Shown here: one piece after another, positions 13,080 through 26,644 of the stretch | Position numbering within the stretch: position 1 is the stretch's first letter | How the letters are laid out: the number at the start of each line of letters is the position of its first letter | From: Raillietiella orientalis | Taxonomy: Eukaryota | Assembly (NCBI GenBank): GCA_036172245.1 | Contig: JAYWIR010000013.1 | Location: forward strand, 3,906,001 to 3,970,000 | DNA length: 64,000 nt | Direction of reading: 5' to 3' | Made by a program: the position numbers and the translations under genes | The notes under the pieces: model-generated | Database searches by the model: none | What the model was told of the DNA's origin: nothing | What the model saw: only the letters and a program-made list of their open reading frames with translations

Positions 13080-13760
13080 ACCGCCATGGTGCAGTCCCCT
13101 CAAAGAGCATTGGGTCAGATGCTGACGATCTCCATCCGTGGAGCTTCACTGCTTGCCGTGGCGTCTTTCCGTGTTCTGTGAGCATCCTGTTCTCGAATAG
13201 TCTGCTGGTTCCAAGAATCCTCGCTCCTGCTCATCTCGGTACGAGTCGTAGATCGGCGATGATTGTGAATCTTGAACCCCATTTCCTGAATCCCAAGCCT
13301 TCATAATGATCCCTTCACTTCGTCTTGCTGTCCATCCCTCCTTTTCAGTCACTCAGAAGCTGCTGATGCCACGTTTCTCTTCATAAAGCGAACCTCATGT
13401 GGTACTCAGTATTTTGCATCATACTGATAGGGATAAACGGAGTCGTCTTTCGGTGTACGAACCACCGGGAAGTGGGAACGAACGGTGGTGACGACGAGCC
13501 AAGTATGGGACCCACTGAAGAGATCCGTTAAGAGAGCACATGCAAAGAAGAGCGAATGAAGGGGAGCATGCCTGCCGCCTGACCTCGGGTTTTTGCGCCT
13601 TTCGAGCTGTGGACGACGAGTGGCGAGAGATATCGAGACAACAGCGGCATCGGGATAATGAGGATATCTCGGTTTCAAAAATGTCTGGAAGCAGCCAGAC
13701 CGTCCCACCGCTGACAACGAGCAAAGTGCATGGATGGCGAAAAATGCATCAAGTGATGAG
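13080..13760 (-). mobile_element. Decayed non-LTR reverse transcriptase fragment
   Basis: CLDIS (~LDISKAFD), SHFPVVRTPKDDSV (~GVPQGSV), MKAWDSGNGVQ (~W..NG..N); multiple frameshifts. Confidence 0.35.
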
Positions 13761-16700
13761 AATGACACTCGAGTCATTACCCTGTCAATGATCATGATCT
13801 TTGATCAAAATACGCCGGCTTTCTCGCTTCAAATTCGCACACACTGAATGCTTTGAATGACGCACCGGTCCGCCACCCGAGGGGGTGGAGCGATGAAAGG
13901 CGTATTCTGCCGATCAGAGCGCTTGGTGATCTCGCGTACCTCGTGCTTAGAAATTGAAACGTGAATTCCGAATCTGTGGAAGGGGGAAAAAAAAGGAAAA
14001 AAAAGAACAGGAACTCTGCACGAAAGTTACAATAACGCAAGCGACCGCGTCAGACCTCAGCACGGAGATGAAAGGAAAGCTCGAAAAACAAAGCTCGCCT
14101 GCCTGAATCTCTTCCGCTATGCTTTCAGCTGGGGAGGGGGGGACTTCACACGGGCAGTGAGACTAAAGGGATGAATCGGTGTGAAAAGTGGCTGGACCAA
14201 AGCATCGCGCTTCTTCGTCGCAGCAGCTGGGTTGCTAACTCGGCGTGGAACGTAAACGTGGTACACGGACACACAACATCCTTCCCAGTTTCCTGACGGC
14301 TACCCCTTTGGTGAAACGAATCACCACGGACTAGCAGCTACCTCTGCCGCCTGTTGGCTGCCTGCGCTCGGAGCGCTCGTCGTGATTTTTCGCTTCATCC
14401 ACGTGAGATGTGAGCCTCAAAGTGTATGAGACACGAATCGCAAATCTCCTCCGCCAGTTGGTTTAGCTGGTCAGCATCCGTCATCATCAGATGAGAGCAC
14501 AGATAGCGCGTTCTTGGAATCACGCAGAAGATTCCTCTATCAGTGGAGGAAAGGCTGCCAATCGGAGGTTGAGGAAGATGAAGGGCTCAGAAGGCAAACA
14601 GTCGGAATGGCGGCAACACATTTCGACCACACCAACACCAAGTTGGTTTTCTGGTGGCGAGTTATCATCGGAAAGAATCTCGAGTCACAATTTCTCCCTT
14701 CCCCCCCCCCCCCCCCCAAAAAAAAAAAAAAAAATCGAGAGGAAGACGGAAAAAATGTATCCCATCTTCAGAGAGCGAGCTGACGTTCGAAAGAACAACC
14801 AAAAGACCAATCAGAAAAATGCATAAATGGTAAAAATGCGACGAGGAAATGTTTTAAAAAATGCCAATTGCAATGGGGGTGGAGGTTTCATGCCCTCCTC
14901 TTAGAAGTGCGCGTTTCCTCCCCAATTTCTGGAGGATGGGTTTAATCTTTCGGAGGTCTTCGAACGTGTGTGGGAGGAGAGTGGAGAATGTGCTGTATCT
15001 TCCCGGGGCCCGCTGGAAGCTCAGGGGAGGTTGAAAATTCCTAGGTTCGCACATCGACAGATGACGAGCCGCGCTGCATCCCACAGTGATGAGAGCGCGA
15101 GACGGCTTTCGTTTTGTCAACGGTCAACAATGGAGGAAGAGCTGACCTTCAGCTGACACCGCAGCCACCCATTGCCACAGGGGGAAGCCGTTTCGTCCGG
15201 GCACATCTGCACGGAGCACGAACTCCGATCGCTGCTGGTCGGGGGCCAGATGGTTCCATTTCTTGAAAAGCTTTGCCAGTAGCAGGAAGAGATACAGACT
15301 TTTAATTGCCGAAGGATCCCACTCTATGCGAGGCCCTCTGCAGCACTCTCTGTTCTCCGGGGGAAGTCCACTGTCAGACGAAGAGAGATCAGGGCCGCGG
15401 TGCGTTTCGCTAATGAATATCGATTAGGCCAAGAGCCCCTTCTTTCGGGGCACGCGCTTCCTCCGCGAAAGGACAGCAGCGGCCTCCCGATGGACTTCGC
15501 GGTTTTTTCACTGTGGGAACGCTGCTCAGGTAGGGCGGAAGAATGCACGTCGGTCGAAATTTCCTGAACCCAGTCTTCAGCGGGCGGTTTAAAATTCTTT
15601 CATGGACACGCTGAGGGTTATATAGGTGGCTGATGATGGCCGCGTGCACACCTATCGTCAGGAAGATAAAAAAAAAAAAAAGGGAAATTCGGCTCATGCG
15701 AACAGTGCTGTTGCTCGAAGAGAGCGATGGAGAAGCACACGAGCATCCCGCTCACAAGTTAAGTGCATCGCTCAGAGCTTTGATGGTTTGATCTGTTCAC
15801 TTCGCAATTTCAATCTTCCGCAGGAAGAGCTCCATAGGATGGAACCTTCGTCTCAGTGGCAGCGAACGCTTCTTGGAGCTTCCTCCAGCAGCGGCACGCT
15901 GAGCTCAACGGGGAGATGAAACAAAATCGGCTCTGCGAACGCGACTGAGCCTCTTCGGGTTTCCTCCGTGAAGATGGCTTCCTTCTGAAGATCCTCCCTG
16001 GAGCATTTCGTCTTGACCCAATAGCAGGGAGGCAGAATTCCGTGAAGAGCACAATTTGGAAAAAAAAGTTTATTTTTAACTTCGATCTGTCCCTTTTCCA
16101 GATGCAAGTTCCTTGAGGAACTTCGCTTATCCGAAGAAACTCATAGAACTGAATTGCAGGCGTGGCAAGGCGCGCATCCTGCTGAGACCGCACCGTTGGT
16201 TACTGCTCCGTTTCCATGGCCGCAGACTCCGTCATTTGCGCGCGTTCTGAGGCGTGCAAGACGCTGCTGGCACGAGCGATATGCGCTTGCAAAGGTGCAG
16301 AGCCGGGGTGGATGAATCAGGGTTTCGCGTTGGCATAACAACCAACGCATCAACCGAACCAGCCCGAAAGGCTGCAGATGCGGCGAAGCCAAGTTAACGC
16401 TGACGCACAAAAAACGCACTTCTCCTGGCCTTCTACTTTACTCTCTGTTCCTCGCCCTGCGTGCGGGCATACTTTTTTGAAGCTGCCACCTCTTCTGAGC
16501 GGATGCTGCCATCCGCGTTGTCGTGCAAGCAATGGATTGCCTCGATTCCACTCTAGAAACTACTGTGCTTTGTTCGCTCCTGTCATTTCATTGCTGCTCA
16601 TGGAATCCCAGTGTCTTTCAAGCACTTGCTTCACTCTAAAAGAACTCCGAAGAACTATTTCAACTCTTCCATGTTTTGTCTGCAATTCTTCTAAGGCCAA

Positions 16701-17999
16701 CTAACGCTTCGAACTACGATTTTCCCCTCCTCTCTGAGACTCCTCTGAAGAATTGGAGTCTGAGGACGACTCCGAGAGCTTTAAAAAAAAAAAAAAAAAA
16801 AAACACTGATGGAAATCACGTATGGAAAAATGTTCATTCGAACCGGATGCCACTCCTCACTTGGAAGCGTCCTTGTGGGGCGAGCACAGGATCCTCCGTA
16901 TAGTCCTTTGGACTCTTCCTTAAGTTTCCGGAGTCTGCTGTAACTCCATAGTTAGCTGGACCTCATTTTCCCGATTTCTGCCTATTCATGTCCTGGGGGC
17001 GGAAGCTCCCGGCATCCATCCGAGTCCAAGTTCGCATTCAGTTGGCATTCCGATCTCTTGGTCTTCGACGTTTTCACCAACCGTGTTTATGCCGTTCTAG
17101 CGAGCGGACCACTTTGCAGACCATCGCTCTCTCGGTGTGATTCGTCAATGCATGCGCACGCGTGACGTTTTCGATGCGGATGCCCCCGAAGCGTCGCTGC
17201 AAGGCCCCCCCCCCAACTCGATCTTAAGGAATCTCTTCTCGGCGAACCCGCGGAAGAAAAGGACGAGGTTCCCGCTCACTTCCTCGCCTCAATGTTGGGG
17301 TTCGTCGGGTGAGGAATGCAGCTGAGAGCGACTCTGCTCCACAGGTGCCTCCTGCTGCCGGGAATGACCACTGGATTCCTGTTCAGATTGTCTCCGCCTT
17401 CCGTTTCGCACCATCTGCCGTTTCTTAGGAAGGAACACGGAGCGTGTGCTTCAACCCCATGAGAACCCACGTGAGACGACACGGGCAGATTCTGCATCAG
17501 TGTCCGCGAGATGTTCGGAAAAAGTGATTTTTTTTGGTGTGCTTCCGCAAGAAATCCAATTGCCAATTTCATCGCGATGAGCGGAAAATTCGGAAAGTCG
17601 TCGGGGATCGAGAAGTGATGAAGAAGGGCTTCGGACTGCTTCGACTGACGACAAGAGCGCCAGGAGGCCAAAGAAACGCTTCACAAAGCCCAAGCACCTT
17701 TCCTCCCGTGTCCCAGGGCATGGCATAATGCGCCGAGGGGAAGTCTGACTGACTGGAGAGCAGAAGGAGAACATGGCATTCGCCCGAGCTGGAAGCGCGC
17801 CTGGTGCCCCCAGCCCAGATTGTGAGATGACGCGGATGTGCAGCCACAAGGGCCCGTCGCCGCAATGGAGAGAGAGAGTTCTCTGGCTGAAATTTCCTGC
17901 ACAGCACCTCGAGTTTTCTTTTTCGTATGAACTGCTTGAAAAGAAGTGGGAAGATACACGGAGCGAATACCAGGAAGCGCAGCGGAAAGGAAGAGCGTT

Positions 18000-18480
18000 C
18001 GCGGGGTGCGATTCCTGAGGCGCCTTCAGCGCATTCCAGACCGGAAGGCGACTTGCAAGAAGCGTGGCCCAACGCGCAGTGCGAGATTTACGAGGAGGTG
18101 AGCAGAGATCAGGAGACGGGGGGCTGCTGGAAGAGCTTCTTCGAGTTGGAACGGAGGAGGTGAGAAGCGCGGAAAGCGATCTGAAGGATGAGAGCGTGCT
18201 GCTACACTAACCGGTTCGAAGGAAGGGACACTCTTCTTCACACTAAGAGGAGCAGAGCACGGGACAGCCCTTGCATCTCCGTGGAGGAAGTGCTCGAGAA
18301 TGGAAAGCGGCTTCTTATGAATCCTGGGAACGCTACGAAATGTGATAGGGGAAGCCCGAAAGGGTTGTCAAAGGACAAGGCAAGCCCCGCTGACTGTGCA
18401 AGAGAGTTAAAAAACGTGCTGCACTGGGTGCTGAGCTCCAAAAGTGGGAAGAACACCTGAACCTTGAAGACCACGTGAGC
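18000..18480 (+). mobile_element. Decayed non-LTR pre-RT linker (CR1/L2/Jockey group)
   Basis: CISVEEVLENGKRLLMNPGNATKCD...CARELKNVL resembles I..EEV...L..L...KA.GPD.I....LK.CA.EL. Confidence 0.45.
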
Positions 18481-19719
18481 AATACAAAGCCAGGGAATGG
18501 TTCTCGAGATGATTGAACGATAACCTTCCTCCTTCCTGATTTTCCTTTTCCCCTACTCCTACATCTCCTACATCCTGCCCGATCTTCTCTAGAATCGGAA
18601 GTGCTTCCCGTGCTTCCGATATCCCACAGCGGTTCGTTTCCACAGTTTGGAGCATCTCAGAGGCTGCTGAGGCCAAGTGAGTCTCGTTTTCTCGAGCCGT
18701 CGCTTCTCTCCTCTCAAGTTCCATCATTCTCATTGAGATAATCGATCGCTGGATGGACTCATCGCGCAATCGATGACCCTTGAGACCCCGTTCCTAAGGC
18801 GAATTCGCTCCCGCGAGAAATGACGCCGCAGCCACTTCGCCGCAGCTTCCTCGGCTGGGTTGGGCCTTCGCGTTTCTCTGCGGGACCCCGATCCACTTTC
18901 CATGCCCCTTCTTGGTTTGCCCTCAGTATATCGCAGCCGTTCCACCGCGTTCCTCATGCTTACCGGGCAACCTTTCGAGTTTCCGTCTCTCAGGAATCGG
19001 CCCGCGCGAGTGGGGGCTCAACCCCGTCGTTCCATCGGACGGCCTCCTTCCTATGTAGATGGCCTTTCCCCGCTCCACAACAAAAATTCCCTTGGGCAGT
19101 TCGCCGCCTGATTCACAATCGCACCGACCCGCTACTCCCTCTGGAACTCATATTCGAAGGGAATGCAAGACGCAATGATGCTCACGGGAAAGCTCCCCGT
19201 GTGCGGGAATCCTCAGGGAGTAGGCAGCGGGGTTGTTCGCGAAAAGGTGCACGAAGCATTCTTCAGCCTCGGCGCCAACGCTGACCGCCCTCCCTTTCGA
19301 AAAACCACGACCGGGTGTTCCAGCAGCACATCGTCAAGAGTTCAGTGCGCGAAGGGGACGCCGGGAAAATAAAGGAAAAGCGAAACTTTCCTTGTACACT
19401 GCGCTCTCTGGTGCATTCCCTGTACGACAAAAGGAATAAAGCTACCCCGCCACGATGCCTTCCGTTTTCTTTCGCGACGCGAGCTGTAACGGCATCTCGG
19501 CGGCCGCTTTTCTCGTGGATTCCCTCCAGGCAGCGGGATAGGAAAATGGCATCTTGGGAGGAGGAACAGAAACATGCGAGGCCAAAGATGGCTTCCATGA
19601 AAAAAATGGGGCTCCGAGAAGAATTCGCGATAAACGAAGAAACGCGCTCCTCTTGACAATTCACATATTAAGGTCAGACATTCTTGTCCGTGGCAACAGG
19701 AATGTCAGCTGCTCTGCGT

Positions 19720-20130
19720 TTCTAGGCGACGCTTCCACCGACCGATGAGATCATCCACTTCCAGTGATTAATCTTGAATAACTTATCCGCATATCGCTTC
19801 AATCACATTTCCTGATTTTCCTGTCATAGGAGACACAGAACCATGACGTGCTCCCAGGGCAGTTGATCAAATAGATGTTGCTAAAGATCGATGGCCTGTA
19901 ATTGAATCATCTCCAGATTACCAAAGATGGATGCTGGGAAAAGCTTCTTTCTGCGCCGAAAGGCAAATAAAGTTGGGGTGCTCCTCACCGATACGCTGAT
20001 ATGCTTGTGCATTTCCGGGAAGAGATTCTGCAACGGGAAGATCACGTACACCGGCGTCGTCCAAGTTTTCGCGTTGGAATTCTGAGACAACGGAGCGCCT
20101 AAAGCATTTTCCAATCAGAGCAACGCAACA
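19720..20130 (-). mobile_element. Decayed non-LTR RT fragment
   Basis: LFAFRRRK (~QFGFR) followed by AIDL*QHLFDQLPWE (~IDL.KAFD.V.W). Confidence 0.4.
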
Positions 20131-23100
20131 CGAAGGACCGCGGCGGCACCCATTTTCGAGTCGGATGCAGTACGGAGGCTGCATAGGAGCAGATGCACAT
20201 CTAGACCGTCAGTTCCTTTGGGGATGCGAGGATACTGAGAAGCAGTCGCTGCTTCCGTTTCGTTCTTTTCGCCGGCACGAAGAGCATCCTCCGAGTTGGA
20301 CGCCTCGGCGTTCTTGGAATCGCCCGAACCCTCCCAGTCGGCAGCTTCGAAGCGCTCGTGGGATCCCCTAATCAGGGCGCGCACCTTCGAAAAAGTCTTC
20401 CTCATAAAAGAGTTGCTTTGCGAGATTTAGGCCGAGTCACATTCAATTTTGAACCGATCGCCCCCAGGCCATGTGGGACCTAACAAAAGATGCTTCTAGC
20501 TTTTAGCTCCACGAAATTCCTGCAGGAGAACAATTCGTCTGATTCCGCTTTTAGCTTGATTTCCGCTCCCGCTTTGGAAAAACGAACGATGGATGCCACT
20601 ATGCCCTGCAATATAGCCTACAGTGCGCCTCCTTCCAGCTAATAGGGTGACCAGTTTCGTGCTACTTCCGTTCGATGAAAGGTCATCACGTTAGAGTCAT
20701 CCGTGAGAAACTGGCTTGAAGTGTCAACGGGTTGAGGAAGTACCGGGTAGGAGGCGGTTAGCTTAGCAACTCAGCAGTGCCATAATGAGAATCAATGATT
20801 TGGAAACCATTATGAATTTCCAGTGAATTCCCTATCGCCTGTCCTCATTGTGTCTCCCTTTTCTAATGAAAACTCGTCGAGAAGGACCCATGCTAGAGCA
20901 TGCGCTATCGAAATGTTGCTCGAAGAGACTGTGTTGTGGTCTTTCCTTTCAGCCCGTGACCTGAGCAGCCGTGGTTCCTCACAAGTCCGTGTTGCCCGCG
21001 CGCAATGGAAGAGTGGCAAAACCTGACTGGAGTTGCATCACACACGGGGTTCGCGTCCAGGATGGGAACGGACAGCTCGGGCCCACCGTCGCGCCCTAAA
21101 GAGCTCGAGTAGCGCGCATCTCACTCGAGGTGGCCGAGGTGGGGGCATTCCTCCATGCGACTGGGGGTCGCATGTGGCAACGCGTGGTGGCCAAGTTGAG
21201 TTTCATGCGGACGAACTCTCCTGCCTCCTGAAAACCCGGCTGGGAACAGTCGTCCAAGGCGAATCATGCACGCGAGGTACCGAAAGCGCAGATGGCTCTC
21301 TGCACGAGCGCGCCTGCTGACCACTTCAGGGGGTTGCGTTTCGAACGGGCGCCCCGATGCCTCCCACCGCTCCCACCCGGAAACAGGACCTCTTTCCTCG
21401 CCCGCCCGCCTCCACGAGAGGGCGAGCCGAGGAGGTACTGCCGATTGCCTCGAGCTGAATCCCGACGGCATGGAAGCGCGGACGAAAGAGAGACGAAGGC
21501 GCCCATCCCCCGACCAGGAACTTCGTGCGCCCGCAAGGAGTCTCCCTAAAAGTCATCTTGAAAACGAGCCATAAAAAATCGATGCAATCGATAATGCTAC
21601 TTGGGACGGCGGAAGGGATTCCGCAGCGACACAGATGCCTTTCTGCAGCCATCTTTAACATCGCGCGCGTGCATGCATTAATGAGAGCCACATTCTTTAA
21701 TAAGCGCGTGGAGCGCATGAATATCATCTCCACTCGTGACCTGTCCCTTTGTTTTGCGGGCCAGGCGGAACGACAAAGAAATGCAATATTCTGATACATA
21801 TTTTTCCAGGAAAGCACTGGAAATGTAATAACAGGTGTGGCAAGCCCTCGTCGCCTTGGGGGTAGTATGTCAACACGCGATTTAATTAGACTAATGGACG
21901 GCGGAAGCAACTCGGAGCATTTCTGGCTGTCCTGTTACACGCTTGACACGCGTTCTTACATACACAAAAGGTTCGCCATTTGCCCGTGGTGCATCCTCCT
22001 GGAAATCCGCCGCAGATAAGGGAGCTCGGTCGGCCCGGAGCTGGGAATGAAGGCCTGTCCAGCGGGGTCTCGCGTGATTCATAAAAATTTCCGGTGCTTC
22101 GAACCATTACGAGCGTGACTCCGCCGGACGACAGAAACGGCAACACATTCCTCTCGCCGAGTCTCCTTCAAAATGGGTTGCCCGGACTCTCGTCGGAGCG
22201 ACGGGTTCCGCTCCGAGAGACGCCGGGAGGAGAGGACGGTCCCCTGCGGAATGCCCAGAGTCCGAGAGACGAAAACACACACACACACAGCACAGGATGT
22301 GCGCACACAGGATCGAGAAGATCCCAGTCCCCTTCGAGTTGGCTGTGGGCGACCTAGCCAAGCGGGGGTGTCACAAGAGATCGATTTCTTGTCGTGCTTT
22401 CCTTTCCCGGAAAGGTCGAGATCTTTCGTCATGTTGCTAGACTCCAGGAAGTCACTTTTTTTCGAGGGGGGGGGGGGGAAGGGGAGAGACGGCCGCAGCT
22501 CGGATGGATTCGTCTCGAACGAACCACAACGATGGATCCATCCAAACGGCTAGGTGTGCATTGCACCTCAAGCCAGCATCAAGAGCGCTTTCTTGTTCGA
22601 GGGAAGGAGCACAGTTTCTCCAGGAGCGGACACGGGACGCAGACGAAAATCCGCTCCAGACCACCTCTCCTGCGCCAGCACCTCCGCAGAGCCCTACGCG
22701 AAGGAGTGCGCGGCATTTCAGGACGAGTGGAAACGGCCAAAGGTAACAGCGACACGATGTCCTTCGCACACAAGCCTCCCCTGATAATGGGGTCGCGTAA
22801 GAAGCCGCCAGATCCTTCCAGAATAACCGATCACACCTCCCTGGACCTTCGCCGCGAGTTGGTAGCATGGAAGCGGCATCGCCATTTATCGTAGGTTCGA
22901 GAATGCGATTCTGATCACACGGAAAGCAGCTTCTTTGAATCAGCCCGGATGAATGCAAGAAAACGAAGGAAAAGGGGGGGGGGGAAAAAAAAAAAAAAAA
23001 AATCCTCAAGGCATGAAAGAAGTTACTTCCGCCTCGGATCCGCGGCTGAAGTAACAAGTTTGTCGAATATCGCGCGTCCTGCTCCGACCCCAACAGTTTC

Positions 23101-23599
23101 TGCTGCTCTTCTTCGCGGCGCAGCCTCAAGACCACTGATCATCATCGGTGTGCAAGTCAGCCGTCTCCTCTGCAGCAATTCCTTCTTTCGGGGTTGCCTT
23201 TTCGGACGTGGAGGATGCACACAAGTTGTTGATCCTTCATGTATTCCCTCCTCTTTTTCAGTCACCTGTGGAGCTGCTACTTTTTTCAGTGAATCTCAAG
23301 AGCCACTATTTATGCGGAGATAATCACAAATTTATCTCTTTCACTCTCTGGCTGACGATCGACTTGTAGTTTGCCACCAAAGCAGCAGTGATGACGATGA
23401 TGATTGAACCTCGTCCGCAGCTTCGTCTCTGGTTTCATGAGGCTCAAGAAGTACCACCTGCATGCATGGGGGCCATCCCGCGCGAATCGTCACGCTGGAT
23501 GGCCCACGTGCATGCAGGTCTCCCAGCAAGCGTTGCGAGCTCCAGTCCTGAAGGAGCAGAGATGCGCGAAGCGGTCCACCCGACTCCCAGGAAAACCCA

Positions 23600-24100
23600 C
23601 CGAAATCTAACACAGAGAGGCTCTTGATCCTGAAGGGATCGATCCTGAAGAATCGAAAAGAGCGAATCTCGGGTGGTGCGCAGGCTCGCAGAGCGCGAAA
23701 GTGGTCAATGATGTGAATCGCAGCATGGGGATGAGCGATTATCTCTGTCGGATACTGAAGAACTTCTCGTGTTTGCTCAGGTGACTTTTCTTCCCCCCCC
23801 CCCCTCCCCAAGGAAGCCAAAGAGTAGGCCCGTAGAGTGTGCCCGCGGAATCGGATTGGCGTCGAGCGAGATTCTTTGATTGAATAGACGGTTTGGAAAA
23901 CCAGCAGCTCCTCCAAGGTCAGTCCCTTCTCGTGCATCCAAGACCACGACAGCCTGATGTCGATAAGCTGTTGCATCACTAAAACCGAGTCGTTTGCTGA
24001 GATCAAGGAACACAGGGAGGGGAGGGAAGCGGGTCACAGACATGGTCCAACTTGTAAGAACTGCACGCCCATCAGCTTAGAGAAAAGACTTTCTCAGTGT
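23600..24100 (-). mobile_element. Decayed non-LTR RT core, C-terminal half
   Basis: GVQFLQVGPCL (~GVPQGSVLGP), ISANDSVL (~FADD), WMHEKGLTL, PIRFRGHTLRAYSLASLG (~KYLG), in the expected order. Confidence 0.5.
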
Positions 24101-25299
24101 ATTTTGGTACGAAGATACTCAGAGCTCACTTTTCGAGACCAGAAGGCTTCAACATTTTTATTGGAATTATCATAAGGTTTCCCTGTTACTAGGAGATTTC
24201 TGAGAAGATGGGGCTAGTCACTGATGGGGCTAGCACCCGTGTTATTGCCAGAGGCAACTTCCCACGTGAAGCTGTTCAGGACGAAGATAAAAGGAACGAT
24301 GAGCAGTGAGTTGAACTACTGCCGTTCCGGCTACTGAAGATGCATCCCGAATTCCTGATGGCAATGTTCCGAAATTCCCGTGACGTCAGAACTCCGCTGC
24401 TCCACACGAGTGTGTCATGTCAGGAGGTCGTTTGCTTCACACATTATTATCGTCGGGACTACACGACCTATGCCTGCACATGTTATATTATGCACTGAAA
24501 CGTCCAGATAAGGAGGAATGCCATCGAGAATGGAAAGTTGGATGAACTTTGTCGCGCGACCACGGATCCGCTTATTGGTGGTGGTTCCACGCCCGCATTC
24601 CCAACTCAACTCTTCCATCCACGGAGCTGAGTTCTTCCTGACCTCTCGATTGACGATTTTTCATTGAGAGAGTTCGAAAAAGCGGCGGTTTGCACCAAAG
24701 TGCATCCTGCCCTTGTCACGATGACGCGATTAACTCGTTTCAATGCCATCTTCTGGGAGTGATTCCGTTTCCCCTTTCCTTTTACACGTGGATGCCTCGC
24801 TCATTCTTTTCTGGAAACTGAATAGCGAGATGAAATGCTGCTGCCTCCGGGTCGCTTTCTCCCCCCCCCCCCACACACACAGACACAGACTTCGACTCGG
24901 GCGGATCTTCATGCTGCAGTGCTGCATCCTCGACTGATCCCACAATCAGGGAACAAACACTGGGAGCTTCCAAGACTTCGAAGACGGCTCCATTGCTTTT
25001 CCGGAGCGCTGCGAAGTCATTTCTTGGACAGCGTTTCGCGCCATGCGGTGTTGGGACCCTCCCCCCCCCATATCCCCCCAAAAAGTTTCGTCCCGTCCCG
25101 TTCGTGAGCCCTGCATCTCCTGTGAGAACTCTGTTCTTGCGAGATCCCCTACTTCTGGAACCTTTGCCTTCTTTCGACTGCTTCTAAAAAAAAATGAAGG
25201 AAGAATAGAGATTTTCTACATTTCCGCAGAATTGCTTCTCGTATTTTAATGGAACTCAAGTGCGAATTTTTCTTGAGCAGGATCGGAATCGCTCCCCTT

Positions 25300-26420
25300 T
25301 CTCCCGTTTCCTGTTCAGGCATTTCCAGAATCCACGAATCCAATGGCACGGCAGCCAAGAAATCACCTGGTCAAAATTCAAGCCTCTTTCCTTGCTGCTG
25401 CCACCCAGATCCAGCAACGAGCACGTCAGCATCAGTATCAGCATAATGATGGATGCCTCAGTACGGGACTTCTCGTTCTGAGGCCTCAGAGGATCCCAAT
25501 TCGGTTCTCGGTAGGAGAGAAACGGGAATGCGTCGCTTCGACAGCGTTCCAACATCTCCTTTCTTCCCGTACTCTCGAGGTCACAGACACGTAGGAACAA
25601 CTGCAGCCCGAATGATTTTTTTTCGGATCCTGGGGAAATGGGTTTCGAATCCGGATGGGAAAAAATTGCCATCATCGTTATGAAAATGTGCAGACTGTAT
25701 CGATGGCAACTGCCTCTTTGAGCGTGACGATGGAATTCGGGAGTTGGCATGCTCGCTGTCACTTAAGACGTGTTTGGCGCAAATCTGCCAACTTCCTCGT
25801 TCGACCTGCCTTCCGCATACCAGTGCTGGGCATATGACGAGGTGTGCCCCATGGAAACGAAGGCACCGGTCCATTTCGCGAAACCCTGCAGTGTACAGCA
25901 CACAAATACATTCTCTGCTGCCACTCCGAGGTCAGCTCTCAGAATGGGGAAATCAAAGAGCAATATCCGACTGGCATGTCGAAATCGGTCTCATTTGAGC
26001 TGCCCACAGTTCTGTCTTCGATCCCCCGAACCCGGATGACTGCAGACGGGAACGAAAAGGATCGACTGACTTCGGGAGAAGCCGCGTGGGCCTTTCGGCA
26101 GCTGTTGAGCCGCTCAGCTGCAAACCGCTGTTCCTGTTGATCGCCACCTCTTCCTGTGGAGGAGGGTGGTGTTCCGCAGGGAAAGCTCCAGCGGGGACTT
26201 CTCCATTTGTTCGCCAACGAACCGATGGCGCCTCCGAGTTGGGATTCATTCTGCCTCTCTTGCAATGGTCTGACTGATTCATCACTGCGACTGGAAAAAC
26301 CCGCCGCCTCGGAAAAAAAAAAAAGACTCTGCGACTCAACTGATACAATCGAGGATTTCATGTCTTTTGCAAGCTATGAAGAAACCATTAGGAATTTCGT
26401 GGGTTCGATTTAAGATTTCA
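25300..26420 (+). mobile_element. Decayed non-LTR reverse transcriptase
   Basis: SKFKPLSLL (~NYRPISLL), GSQFGSR (~QFGFR), RGVPHGNEGTGP (~GVPQGS.LGP), DWHVEIGL, in RT order. Confidence 0.55.
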
Positions 26421-26611
26421 CAAGATGAAGACGTTAATTCCGATTCCGTTCCTTGCCGGCTCTGGGTGGCAGCTCTGGGTGATTTTCGGACAGGTGGAGG
26501 AACTGCTGCTTTCCTCGGTCAGCCTGCAAAAGACCCTTCTAGTCCACCGAGGACTGCCAAACCACCAATACGCCGATCTTTCATAGGAAAGGAAAATGTG
26601 TTTTCCGAGAG

Positions 26612-26644
26612 GTGCGTGCGTGCGTGCGTGTGTGTGTGTGTGTG
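26612..26644. repeat. Compound (GTGC)n/(GT)n microsatellite
   Basis: gtgcgtgcgtgcgtgcgtgtgtgtgtgtgtgtg. Confidence 0.9.

Noticed and set aside
15545..15600. Hammerhead-like core CTGAAGA-CTG-GGTT-CAG-GAAA on the minus strand
   Set aside because: Stems I and III cannot be formed convincingly, and the stem II closing pair is non-canonical.
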